From: a virus
Taxonomy: Duplodnaviria; Caudoviricetes
Virus record (IMG/VR): IMGVR_UViG_3300012038_000028
Span: 1 to 35,130 of that record
Strand: one strand, 5' to 3'
Length of the DNA: 35,130 nt
A model generated the notes under the pieces. That model was given only the letters and a program-made list of their open reading frames with translations, searched no databases and was not told where the DNA came from. Positions 27,401 to 35,130 of the stretch are shown here, one piece after another (positions within the stretch are counted from its first letter, which is position 1; each line of letters starts with the position of its first letter). Position numbers and translations under genes: made by a program.

Positions 27401-27553
27401 GGTACGAGTGCTAGTGCTGTGCCTCTACCTGGCGGTAGTGGTGGTACTATGGTCAAGATGCCTGACGGGCGCATCATGGAGCGTCGTGTTGTCAACGGTG
27501 TACCACAGTTCGTTGTACCGAATGCACCCGAAGAAGTGACCGCTGAGCAGTAA
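24440..27553 (+). CDS. Ejection protein with lytic-transglycosylase-like and M15-peptidase-like domains
   Basis: EKEYGLP..ML..LYGMENGG...STATGLFQF (lysozyme/SLT-like). TSGHR...YHGRREAADF...DLMHYD (H-x6-D and D-x-x-H). Pro/Gln-rich linkers. Confidence 0.75.
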   Translation: MARVIPSGSKDETGQNARQTAAAFEALRRLYISLMARREEQERNEQMRLQMLGLQQQHQIGMQERSQQHAYDLEDYRYGGGRNGAGGPNLLGPGAQGLPAPATPTTAKPAAAKPPVFTPNMIPGSVAPLTPGDQFKGAQQQPTIGPNPDKFSALTGVDAMASADTEAFSAQSKPAAPAPTKNQTGVKSPLPKETSSRTRQRPQRDAYLPIDPQWLGYMAQKEKEYGLPQGMLITLYGMENGGGRSVGRNPKSTATGLFQFTADLRKEHGISDQDTTNPAIMIDKAAANLQRNHEVLKSKFGVSLPTTPEAIPVWSLLHQFGAGNGPRIVKALADGHDTPMMQVMIPSKNNYQTLVNNGIDPMTSVKNFVSQHTQKARNWFHSSIQQFQNPNAQQPQQQVQRPPADIQDGGRGSNPRLIRAISGGASLALPDGYSLRQTSGHRPGDSGYHGRREAADFQIVTPDGRAIPNRGEDTTGLYTRLARGVKTWIAENDPGFQVNYGGAHGTQKRGGGVPDLMHYDTGRDRGNMRPDVRMSRLPLLSDEERNAPVQQASAQAPAPVPQVQALPQVQAQAPDASTVAATLPSRGGKVIGNTAAFEKQYGVQPQPSIASLDIFSPTLAANQPTQQQPPTSITPKSSTLSARSDLEYGAQPTTADVPAPIEPQQSTLSARSDLDYGGQAPEQVPLPPERPTDVPQQKQPPPSEDYDLRDDMQTEFTVSAREGSPNVDVAVDQALADLRGDINTRNFPTLPTPGVVAKQDLPPELTPPAAPIQWPPASPAAPSAVARAPVPQEFASVDRGQRPVAAPPDVSASSAQPAAPTRVPGQSIVNAIYSRLPNLSTAEQQGNKGTPPQLPNMPPPSALMPSLPPMPQGMSLEGVGEWLKQNFGPGGAPPAQREFNTKLQDAVRQKFGDVRGAVSGFDPMAFIEKLRYGPKSVKTTTIGPPQAAPQKAPARTMPGGTPYVPDQPPLQLVPPKGGPTNSTLSGGGTSASAVPLPGGSGGTMVKMPDGRIMERRVVNGVPQFVVPNAPEEVTAEQ

Positions 27554-27554
27554 T

Positions 27555-30500
27555 ATGTCAGACGGTTATACAGCGTATAGCAAAGACGAGTTCATCAGCA
27601 AGTTCGGCTACGATCCCGATGCTGTTGGTGAGCCTGTTGCTGCTGGTGGCGGTTCACCTATCGCCAATCATTTGAAAGCTGCAGCAGTCGGTGCGATGAC
27701 GATACCGACTGATTTCCTCAACTTCGGTCCTACTGTTGTCAAAGGTGGCTTGGCGCTCTACGATGCATATGCCAACGATACTAAGTTCGTTGATGAGTTC
27801 CAGAAGCGCATCCAAGTTGAAGGTGCTAAGGACAACGTACAGAAGCATCTGCAAGACGTGGTGACATCATGGAAGCAACGTGATCCTAGTCTGACGCCTG
27901 AACAACTTGAAGCTGGTATCACTGAGTACCAGAAGTCGAAGCAGTTTGAAGACTTCACCACTGAGCAACTGAGCGGTCCTGCGTATGCAGCAGCCAAGTG
28001 GCGTGACACGAGTAGACGCCTACTAGGTGATGAGCGCACAGAGGATCAACGCAGTTGGACTGAGGGTGCTGCAGAGGTACTAGGTGGTGCATTGATAGGT
28101 GCGCGTGCTGGACCTGTTGTAGCAGGTGCGCAGGCTATCTCACGCCTCGGCCCTGCTGCTGCTAGAGTTGTAGCCAATCCTGTAGTACGCGGTGCTGTGC
28201 GTGTAGGTGAAGCTGTCACACCACTCACCATACCCTACACAGGTACGAACGTTGCAATCAACGCTGCTGCTGGCATCGGTATAGATCAGGCGGTGCGCTA
28301 TGCGCAGGGTAAGCCTACTGCATTCACACCTACTGATGAAGACAGCGCAGGTATTGCGTCACTAGCAGGCACTAGTGCTGTTGTTGCAGGCGCTGCAGCG
28401 TTCGTAGCTGCTGTACGTGGTAGAACTAGACAAGCACTACAACAAAGTCAGACTGAGGTAGCACTACAAGCCAATCCACAGTTGAACTACAGAGTTGAGC
28501 TTGATCCACAGACAGGCCAATCGTTTATACGTGGTGGTGCACCACAGCAGCTAGGCCCATCGTCCGAGCTAGAGGAGACATCGAATAGAAGCCTGTTCGG
28601 TCGCGTGCAAGGTTGGCGTCGTAGTGCACGTGACAGGTTGATTGATCAATCCGCACACCCCAATGCGATGATCAGGGATATACACGGTGGTGAGGTAGCG
28701 AGAGAAGCTGAGAACTTGTACACTCGTAACACCGGCGCAGTGTTAACTGATCGCATTGCATCTGACACTATTACCATCGACGGTCCAGTGCGTGATGCAT
28801 GGACAGCTATGACGCCTGAGAAGCAACGTGCTGTTGCCAATGCACACTGGATGACATCATACGGGTCAGACATCTTGACGACGATGGATGACCTACGTAC
28901 TAGGATCAACGATCTACAGACACAGATCACCAATCCACGCACGCAGCAGTCATCTATCAACACACTACAAAACCAAGTTGCAGAGTTGCAGACTAGTCTG
29001 CGCAGGCTGACGAACGATGATCCAGATGCACGTATGCGTGTGCCTGCTATCAGCCAGAACACCGTGTTCTCAACACGCAATGCATTCCTAGCTGACACTG
29101 ATCCACAGGTGACTGCATACAAGAACGCAGTTAGAAATCGCAATCGCATACTGCTCGACATGCAAGTGGCTAGCGGCAGGCTGTCACGTGCGACTGCGGA
29201 TGAGTGGCACCGACGCAATCCCTACTACGTGCAGGCAGTCAACGATCCACACAACAACTTGACAGGTTGGGCACGTACGCTGGCTAAGTGGCGTGGCTCT
29301 GTACGTGCTGCACAGACTAGAGCTAGTGAAGGCTCTGCAGCAGGTACACTGCGTGAAGGGCCACTGCGTAGTCTAGACAAGAACCCTGCAGCAGTACAGG
29401 GCATAGGTGCACCTGAGACACGCATCACGCATCCAATGGAGCCGATGAGTGCATCGCAAGAGTACACCATACGCACACTGCGAGAGGTCGCACACACACT
29501 GCCACGCAATGAGTACATCAGGCTGTTGACACAAGACCCTGCAGGCAATCCGTCTGCGCTTGTGGTTGATGGCCGTATACGCGGTGTGCAGAGTGGACCG
29601 GGTAGGTACTGGTTTACGTCTTCACAGTTGAACTCACCGCAGTTCAGACACCTGAAGGATAGAACAGATGTAGCGATAGAGTGGCAGAACGGTCAAGCAC
29701 GTGTGTGGGAGTTTGGTGATCCTGAAGTGACACGTGCACTGCGCATGGAGCCTGTGCAGTTGTCAGGCTTGATGAAGACTGCGACTGCAATCACTAACTG
29801 GTTCAAGTTCTTCACCACCGGCAAAGGCAACGCAGCGTTCGCACCTGTCAACGGTTACTACAACACAGCGATTGCGATGCTCACGCATAGAGCAGACAGA
29901 GCATTCGGGCCTCTATCGTATGCAGCGCACCGCGTGTTGCCAGAGCGTGCAGCTAGAGTGCTAGGTGTAGTACCTGATGTCACGTCGATTGCAGCGATGC
30001 CTTACTACGCAGTCAAGAACTTGATCCAACTGCAGACACACTTCTTGACAAGGCCACTAGCACGGCAGTTGGCACAGAACGTTGTACCGTTTCAGGCGTT
30101 GCAGTCTGTAGTCGGTCAGCGCATGTTCAACAGCATGGTCAATGTGGCTAGCCGTGTTGCACTGTGGGCTGATCAATCACCGGCTGTGGTACTACGCCGC
30201 GGTGGTGCTGGTCACGGTGTGCAGTCGATTGACAACATACCACGCATACGTGACAGCTTCACTTCGATCAAAGAGAACGTGCCCGCGCCGTTGCGCTACG
30301 CGTGGCAGTTCTACACCGATGTGCTCGACAGCTTCCATCTCTCTGACAAGGCACAGTACTTCACACAGAACCACGCACTCATGGCAAGGAGACATGGTGG
30401 CAACATACCACAGCGCGATCTAGAACGCCTGATTGACGAGACACGCAACATCGCCGGCGATATGTCACTCGTACCAGCTAGCAAGCTGATGCAAGACATT

Positions 30501-31862
30501 GAACGAGTGGTACCGTATATGACGCAGACCAAGCTGGGTGCTTACCACTTGGCACGCAACATGTTCGGCAGGGATACTGCGCAGTACGTGCTGCCACGCA
30601 TGATGATTGCCATGTATGCAGTCGGTCAGTCGTACTACTTCATGACGCACTGGAACACTGAGAGCAGGGACAAGCTGTGGCGACAGACACCTGAGTATGA
30701 TCGCTATCGCTTTGTCTACATACCCACTCCACAACTGGTGCTGGCGTGGGGTAGGGGTGAGAACCCTGCATACAGCGATGACTTAGTGTACAAGGTGCGC
30801 ATACCACCTGACATCGCAGGCATCGTAGCTGGTACGACTGCGTTCATGCAGATGATCGGAGCGATACCGGCTGATGCAACTATCAAACCGCTAGCTGGTG
30901 ATGTACCGAAGGTATGGGCTGACAGCTTGACACCTGCTATGCCACCTATGCTGCAGTTGTTGTTAGCACAGAGTGGCAAGCGCCTAGACCCAGGTACATC
31001 AGAGACGCGCGGCGGTGCGTGGATACGTGACAGCGGTTCGATGTTCCGTGCAGGGCCTAATGCTGAGAGCGTTAGCAACCTTGGCGAAGTGAGCAACAGC
31101 ACATCGTTGATGATGGGTGCGCTGTTCGGCGCGATGGGTACGCACATTGCGATGGCTACTGACGTGATGTTGCATGCTGCTAAGTACAACACCACAGGCG
31201 GGCCTACACCACTGCCTACACCACGTCAGTCCGCAGATTATGCTGCAGGATTGCAGAAGGCAACAGGTGAGGTGTTCAATCGTGTTGTGTCTAGGATACC
31301 TGAGATACCGCTAGTGTGGCAAAATCAGGAACGCTACGGCGTGATGACGCCTGCGTGGCAAGTGATGTCGCAGAACACCGCGCACATCAGGTCGATCACT
31401 GGTATGAGGGATGAACTAGGTAAAGCTGCTACTGCACGCAGACAGGCTGCAGTTGAAGCAGGCGGTATACCTGAGAGAGCAATGGGTGATCAAGTGTTAG
31501 TGCAGATTGCTGAGGACATCTCTGCGTGGCAACGCACTACTGGCGACCTTGGCAAGTTGAAGAAGCAGCAGAACGACTTGCGCGTTAGGTCGAGAGCTGT
31601 TGATGTGCAGTACAACTTACCACCCGATCAACGCACTGCTGAGAAGAACAAGTACATCAAGTTGCAGCAAGATAACATAGAGCAACAGCGTCTAGCTACA
31701 CTGTACGCAGAGCAGGTAATCGCTGCTAAGTACGGTCAAGTACTCATGCCACTGTTGAAGGGTAGGCAGATCAACATGGCTACACTTGACGCGCTGATGC
31801 GTGAGAACGTAGGTGGTGCGGCTGCGTCAACGACGCCACAAGCCGAGACGCAGCCGCAGTAG
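27555..31862 (+). CDS. Large internal virion/ejection protein (1435 aa), LPD38-like C-terminal region
   Basis: Last and largest late gene. RNIAGDMS...VVPY...LGAYHLARN...YIP...RIPPD pattern recalls large polyvalent-protein domains. Confidence 0.65.
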   Translation: MSDGYTAYSKDEFISKFGYDPDAVGEPVAAGGGSPIANHLKAAAVGAMTIPTDFLNFGPTVVKGGLALYDAYANDTKFVDEFQKRIQVEGAKDNVQKHLQDVVTSWKQRDPSLTPEQLEAGITEYQKSKQFEDFTTEQLSGPAYAAAKWRDTSRRLLGDERTEDQRSWTEGAAEVLGGALIGARAGPVVAGAQAISRLGPAAARVVANPVVRGAVRVGEAVTPLTIPYTGTNVAINAAAGIGIDQAVRYAQGKPTAFTPTDEDSAGIASLAGTSAVVAGAAAFVAAVRGRTRQALQQSQTEVALQANPQLNYRVELDPQTGQSFIRGGAPQQLGPSSELEETSNRSLFGRVQGWRRSARDRLIDQSAHPNAMIRDIHGGEVAREAENLYTRNTGAVLTDRIASDTITIDGPVRDAWTAMTPEKQRAVANAHWMTSYGSDILTTMDDLRTRINDLQTQITNPRTQQSSINTLQNQVAELQTSLRRLTNDDPDARMRVPAISQNTVFSTRNAFLADTDPQVTAYKNAVRNRNRILLDMQVASGRLSRATADEWHRRNPYYVQAVNDPHNNLTGWARTLAKWRGSVRAAQTRASEGSAAGTLREGPLRSLDKNPAAVQGIGAPETRITHPMEPMSASQEYTIRTLREVAHTLPRNEYIRLLTQDPAGNPSALVVDGRIRGVQSGPGRYWFTSSQLNSPQFRHLKDRTDVAIEWQNGQARVWEFGDPEVTRALRMEPVQLSGLMKTATAITNWFKFFTTGKGNAAFAPVNGYYNTAIAMLTHRADRAFGPLSYAAHRVLPERAARVLGVVPDVTSIAAMPYYAVKNLIQLQTHFLTRPLARQLAQNVVPFQALQSVVGQRMFNSMVNVASRVALWADQSPAVVLRRGGAGHGVQSIDNIPRIRDSFTSIKENVPAPLRYAWQFYTDVLDSFHLSDKAQYFTQNHALMARRHGGNIPQRDLERLIDETRNIAGDMSLVPASKLMQDIERVVPYMTQTKLGAYHLARNMFGRDTAQYVLPRMMIAMYAVGQSYYFMTHWNTESRDKLWRQTPEYDRYRFVYIPTPQLVLAWGRGENPAYSDDLVYKVRIPPDIAGIVAGTTAFMQMIGAIPADATIKPLAGDVPKVWADSLTPAMPPMLQLLLAQSGKRLDPGTSETRGGAWIRDSGSMFRAGPNAESVSNLGEVSNSTSLMMGALFGAMGTHIAMATDVMLHAAKYNTTGGPTPLPTPRQSADYAAGLQKATGEVFNRVVSRIPEIPLVWQNQERYGVMTPAWQVMSQNTAHIRSITGMRDELGKAATARRQAAVEAGGIPERAMGDQVLVQIAEDISAWQRTTGDLGKLKKQQNDLRVRSRAVDVQYNLPPDQRTAEKNKYIKLQQDNIEQQRLATLYAEQVIAAKYGQVLMPLLKGRQINMATLDALMRENVGGAAASTTPQAETQPQ
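27567..27579. repeat. TATAC-N3-GTATA palindrome (5' end of the largest gene)
   Basis: TATACAGCGTATA. Confidence 0.85.
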
Positions 31863-31863
31863 T

Positions 31864-31876
31864 TATACATTGTATA
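31864..31876. repeat. TATAC-N3-GTATA palindrome (fills the convergent gene junction)
   Basis: TATACATTGTATA occupies 13 of the 14 bp between the two stop codons. Confidence 0.85.
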
Positions 31877-34405
31877 TCACATAATATCCTGCCGCTTGAT
31901 CTTCTTGATCGTACTCCATCTGTGTACTCCACCTTCATCAGCAACGCTAATACCACACTCTGCGGGTATGATCAACTGCTTACCACCTATCAGCAGTGGC
32001 GCTTCTGCGTGTTTGACTAGCAGACGTAGTGCATGTTTAGCTACATCAAAGCGCGCCAAGCCGATTAACCCATCATGCGTGTTGAGTGCGATGCGAGCTA
32101 ACCCCTTGGGCCATTGAGGATCGTCGTGTGCTTTGTATATTACCCGACATATGTGGTCGCCTACTGTGGACTGTGGATAGAAGGCAACGATTGCTTCGGT
32201 ACTTTCTTCTGTCACTGGTATCAGTTGAACGTATCGCCTACCATAAGCGTTATAGATCGCCCTCTCTGTCCGCACACGGTTCAAGTCTGCTTGCCATCCT
32301 ACCTTTAATTCAGGTGTGAGCTTGTGGTACTTGACAAATGCTTCACTTGCTATAGACAGAGACAAGCCTGTAGTCAGTGCCAAGCGGTCAGGCATCATGC
32401 GGTAGTTAAGACCATGACGACATCTCTTAGCAATGTAACGGATGGTGGGCTTGCCAGCAAGCTCGCTGCTGTAATCAATGCCATCACGTCGAGCGGCAGC
32501 TTCGTCCAAGGGGTAACGGTCGAACGTGGGCACGTCTGCGTACGGTACATCGAACATGTCTGCGGCGAGAGCGCGGTGGCAGTCGTAGGAGCCGTCGAGC
32601 CGCGCTCTCTCAAACTGTTCTATCCACGTCGTAATGTTGTAACGCCAACCAACAACCCGCGCTTCAGCTTGCGACCCGTCGATGTATATAAAGCACATGC
32701 CAGGGTCCGCGATGAACATGCTCTTGGCACGGTCGGGAATGTTCTGCAGATTAGCTCCCGATCCCCAAAGCGTCTGCGCACTAGACAGACGACCGGGCGC
32801 ACTACGCACCCCAGTCTGACGGTAGTCACATCGCATACGTGAGTCCTCATCAGGCTTTGCAGATGCATAGACTGAGTAGAACTTATCGTCCTCGATGTAA
32901 GCATCCACCGCAGTCAACACAGCGCGTGCTGCTGGCGATGTGCGTGGGTGCTTGCGCATCAACTCGCGATTGGTTGCGTCTGTACTTGTTCCTCTGCCTA
33001 CGAGTTTGAGCTTTGAGAAGTACAACTCCGCCATCTGCTTCGGTGAGTTTGGGTTCGGTGTGTAGTGTGGATCGTCGCATGCAATACGCACTGCTTCATA
33101 GAACTCGTTCAGCTTCCGTTGCAAGTCTGCATACAGGTTGCCGGGTGTATTTTGATCTAGCATTTGCTCACGCAGTTGCATATCGTTCAGCACGCCTCCG
33201 ACAGTCATCAACACAAGATGCGATTGAAGACGCATGACGTGCTCGAAGTAGAACTTGTCTAGCTTCTGATCGCGTAGCTCAGCTACGATTGCAGCATTCG
33301 ACGCAAGCGTAAGTGCACAGTCCTTACAGTTGTATATCCAGAAATTGTCAATACCGCCAGTATGTCGCCATTCGTCCTTCTCATTCTTATAGAACGGATG
33401 CATTGTGTACTGTTTGACAATGAAGCCAAGGTCATGCGGCATCGTTGGGTATAGCACATGATGACCAAGCATCGTGTCGCTGTATGCTGGCTTGCAACGT
33501 ATGTGATCCTTAAACCAGAGCCACGCCATGTCAAAGCCTCCATTCTGCCAGACCACGCGGCTAGTAGGCGATTGGTATAGGCGTTGTAGATGACGGCGTA
33601 TCTCTGCTTCCTCTTGTACACTGTATAAGTGTTCTTGCTCACTGCGGAACGCGATACACATGGCGTCATGCGACGAGTGAGCAAGCCCGACACAAGCTGT
33701 CTCATTGCTAACGACTTCAATATCGCTTGCGATTGGATCACGTGAGGCTTCACACATACGAATGTAGTCAAGTGCTTGTACGTGGGTGGGATTGATGTGA
33801 GTGACAACTTCATGTGGCTTGTATCGACCTTCGACTACTTCATTCAACTTGTCAGCGATGTCCATGTCAAAGATGATCTGTGCCATAGGATCACGTGCAC
33901 AGAAGGCGGGGTTGTAGGTGCACACAGCTACGACAGACTTGTTGCCGATCGTACATTCGAGCACGCTACCGCGCCAGTTGGTGATACCCTTCTTACCGAG
34001 TAAAGCTTCGACCGCGTAGTTGCCAAGCAGCAGGACGTACTTCAAGTTGGGGAGCATCGACAACTCCCACATCAACAACTCCTGCCACGACGTTAGTTCA
34101 TGCTTGCCCACTGGTACGCGCTTAGCATCATCAGCGAACGCGACTTGACGCTTGACTACATTGGTAATGTAGCACTCGTGACGCTTGATGCTGGGGCAGT
34201 AAGTACGCAACGCTTTCCACAGTATGTTGCCAGCACCACCGACAAGAGGGATACCTTGTGCTACCTCATTGCGACCGGGTGCTTCTGCGATGATAGCCAG
34301 TGTAGCATGTGTAGTACCACCCATCGCACACTCGACAGACATGCCTGCCGTCTGTGCTTGCAGCGTGAACCTATCACGCATGTCTGCAGTCGTCATCACA
34401 TTCAT
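31877..34405 (-). CDS. polA: Family A DNA polymerase with N-terminal UDG-like domain and 3'-5' exonuclease
   Basis: UDG-like AEAPGRNE..G.PLVG.AG...YITNVVK; exonuclease DIE, QNGGFD, YNCKD; polymerase GRLSS, NLQNIP, DGSQAEAR, R..AKRCRHGLNY, THDG. Confidence 0.93.
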   Translation of the reverse strand: MNVMTTADMRDRFTLQAQTAGMSVECAMGGTTHATLAIIAEAPGRNEVAQGIPLVGGAGNILWKALRTYCPSIKRHECYITNVVKRQVAFADDAKRVPVGKHELTSWQELLMWELSMLPNLKYVLLLGNYAVEALLGKKGITNWRGSVLECTIGNKSVVAVCTYNPAFCARDPMAQIIFDMDIADKLNEVVEGRYKPHEVVTHINPTHVQALDYIRMCEASRDPIASDIEVVSNETACVGLAHSSHDAMCIAFRSEQEHLYSVQEEAEIRRHLQRLYQSPTSRVVWQNGGFDMAWLWFKDHIRCKPAYSDTMLGHHVLYPTMPHDLGFIVKQYTMHPFYKNEKDEWRHTGGIDNFWIYNCKDCALTLASNAAIVAELRDQKLDKFYFEHVMRLQSHLVLMTVGGVLNDMQLREQMLDQNTPGNLYADLQRKLNEFYEAVRIACDDPHYTPNPNSPKQMAELYFSKLKLVGRGTSTDATNRELMRKHPRTSPAARAVLTAVDAYIEDDKFYSVYASAKPDEDSRMRCDYRQTGVRSAPGRLSSAQTLWGSGANLQNIPDRAKSMFIADPGMCFIYIDGSQAEARVVGWRYNITTWIEQFERARLDGSYDCHRALAADMFDVPYADVPTFDRYPLDEAAARRDGIDYSSELAGKPTIRYIAKRCRHGLNYRMMPDRLALTTGLSLSIASEAFVKYHKLTPELKVGWQADLNRVRTERAIYNAYGRRYVQLIPVTEESTEAIVAFYPQSTVGDHICRVIYKAHDDPQWPKGLARIALNTHDGLIGLARFDVAKHALRLLVKHAEAPLLIGGKQLIIPAECGISVADEGGVHRWSTIKKIKRQDIM

Positions 34406-35130
34406 GACTTAGGCTTCCTTTTCCAACCCATAGACTTGAGCGATACAGCCAAGCTGCGTTGATCACAGATGATCGAAGCGTGTTTCTTTGCGCGTGTTAC
34501 TCCTGTGTAGAAGTTGGGTCGAGAGAGATTGAAGAACGCACACGACGCCATGATGTAGGTGATATTGTCATACTGCGAGCCTTGGCACTTGTGAGTAGTG
34601 AGTGCGTAGGCCAACTCGATCACCTTACGTGGATCGTATGTGAAGTGGTAGCGTTTGCGTGGGTTGTACTCACTCACACGTGGCGGCAGTTCAACAACGC
34701 GATCACCGAAGTCAATCTCTAGTACACCGTACTCGTCGATTGCTACGACTATACCGACTTCACCATTGAGCATCTGCTTAGTCTCAGGACACTCAATGAA
34801 CGTGCCCATCAAGCCAACGCCGTTGAGATCGAACTCTGTGAAGCGTTCGTTGTAGTCACGTAGATCGTAACTGTTTGTATTACACACCACCTTGTCACCG
34901 ATGCTGACGTAGACTTTGTTCTTGACCTCCCACTTGTTGCGTGGTAGCTCGATCTTGTTAGGTGTAGTGGGATTGAAGCGCATCTGCAGGATGCTGTTGA
35001 GACGCATCGTACCGATGTCAGACTTACGCGCTGGTGAGATGATCTGATTGTCCAACTGTCGCCAGTCGATGTACTCTTTCTCCAACCGGCTATACAGTGT
35101 ATGAAGCACTGCGTCACCGAGATGCACACC
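34402..35130 (-). CDS. RecD-like SF1B helicase, C-terminal part (continues beyond the window)
   Basis: GDKVV...N, MLNGEVG, LAYALTTHKCQGSQY and FYTGVTRAK motifs. Confidence 0.9.
   Translation of the reverse strand, partial: GVHLGDAVLHTLYSRLEKEYIDWRQLDNQIISPARKSDIGTMRLNSILQMRFNPTTPNKIELPRNKWEVKNKVYVSIGDKVVCNTNSYDLRDYNERFTEFDLNGVGLMGTFIECPETKQMLNGEVGIVVAIDEYGVLEIDFGDRVVELPPRVSEYNPRKRYHFTYDPRKVIELAYALTTHKCQGSQYDNITYIMASCAFFNLSRPNFYTGVTRAKKHASIICDQRSLAVSLKSMGWKRKPKS

Noticed and set aside
6246-31862. Genome-wide TAG reassignment
   Set aside because: Genes are full length under the standard code, and several TAG stops (6246, 19413) are followed immediately by out-of-frame starts.
584-31876. Palindromes as CRISPR repeats or LexA boxes
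   Set aside because: They are not regularly spaced and no cas genes are present. They match neither CTGT-N8-ACAG nor GTTC-N7-GTTC.
32480-32820. Locally GC-richer patch in polA as an intron, intein or imported segment
   Set aside because: The frame is continuous, no intein or intron motifs are present, and the shift is modest (53-65% in the lines counted).

Overview
This window is a large part of a tailed dsDNA bacteriophage genome with podovirus-type architecture; no host genes, tRNAs, CRISPR arrays or IS elements were seen. Left (1-3495, - strand): early-type genes (an ORF running off the left edge, a small membrane peptide, a DUF932/DUF945 protein, an 85-aa protein and a ~286-aa orphan). 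A mostly non-coding control region (2186-4640) holds three near-identical leftward sigma70-like promoters, terminators and a probable ~70-nt sRNA. Middle (4644-31862, + strand): small and large terminase, portal, scaffold, major capsid, tail adaptor and nozzle, two tail fibres with chaperones, a lipoprotein, a GNAT protein and four ejection/internal virion proteins, one with both transglycosylase-like and M15-peptidase-like domains. Right (31877-35130, - strand): a family A DNA polymerase fused to an N-terminal uracil-DNA-glycosylase-like domain, with unusual motif B/C residues, and the C-terminus of a RecD-like helicase. The most striking unexplained signal is a 13-bp palindrome, TATAC-N3-GTATA, found in 14 perfect copies plus several near-copies at promoters, ribosome-binding sites, gene ends and inside coding sequences. 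All protein assignments come from motif recognition and gene order, not database searches.
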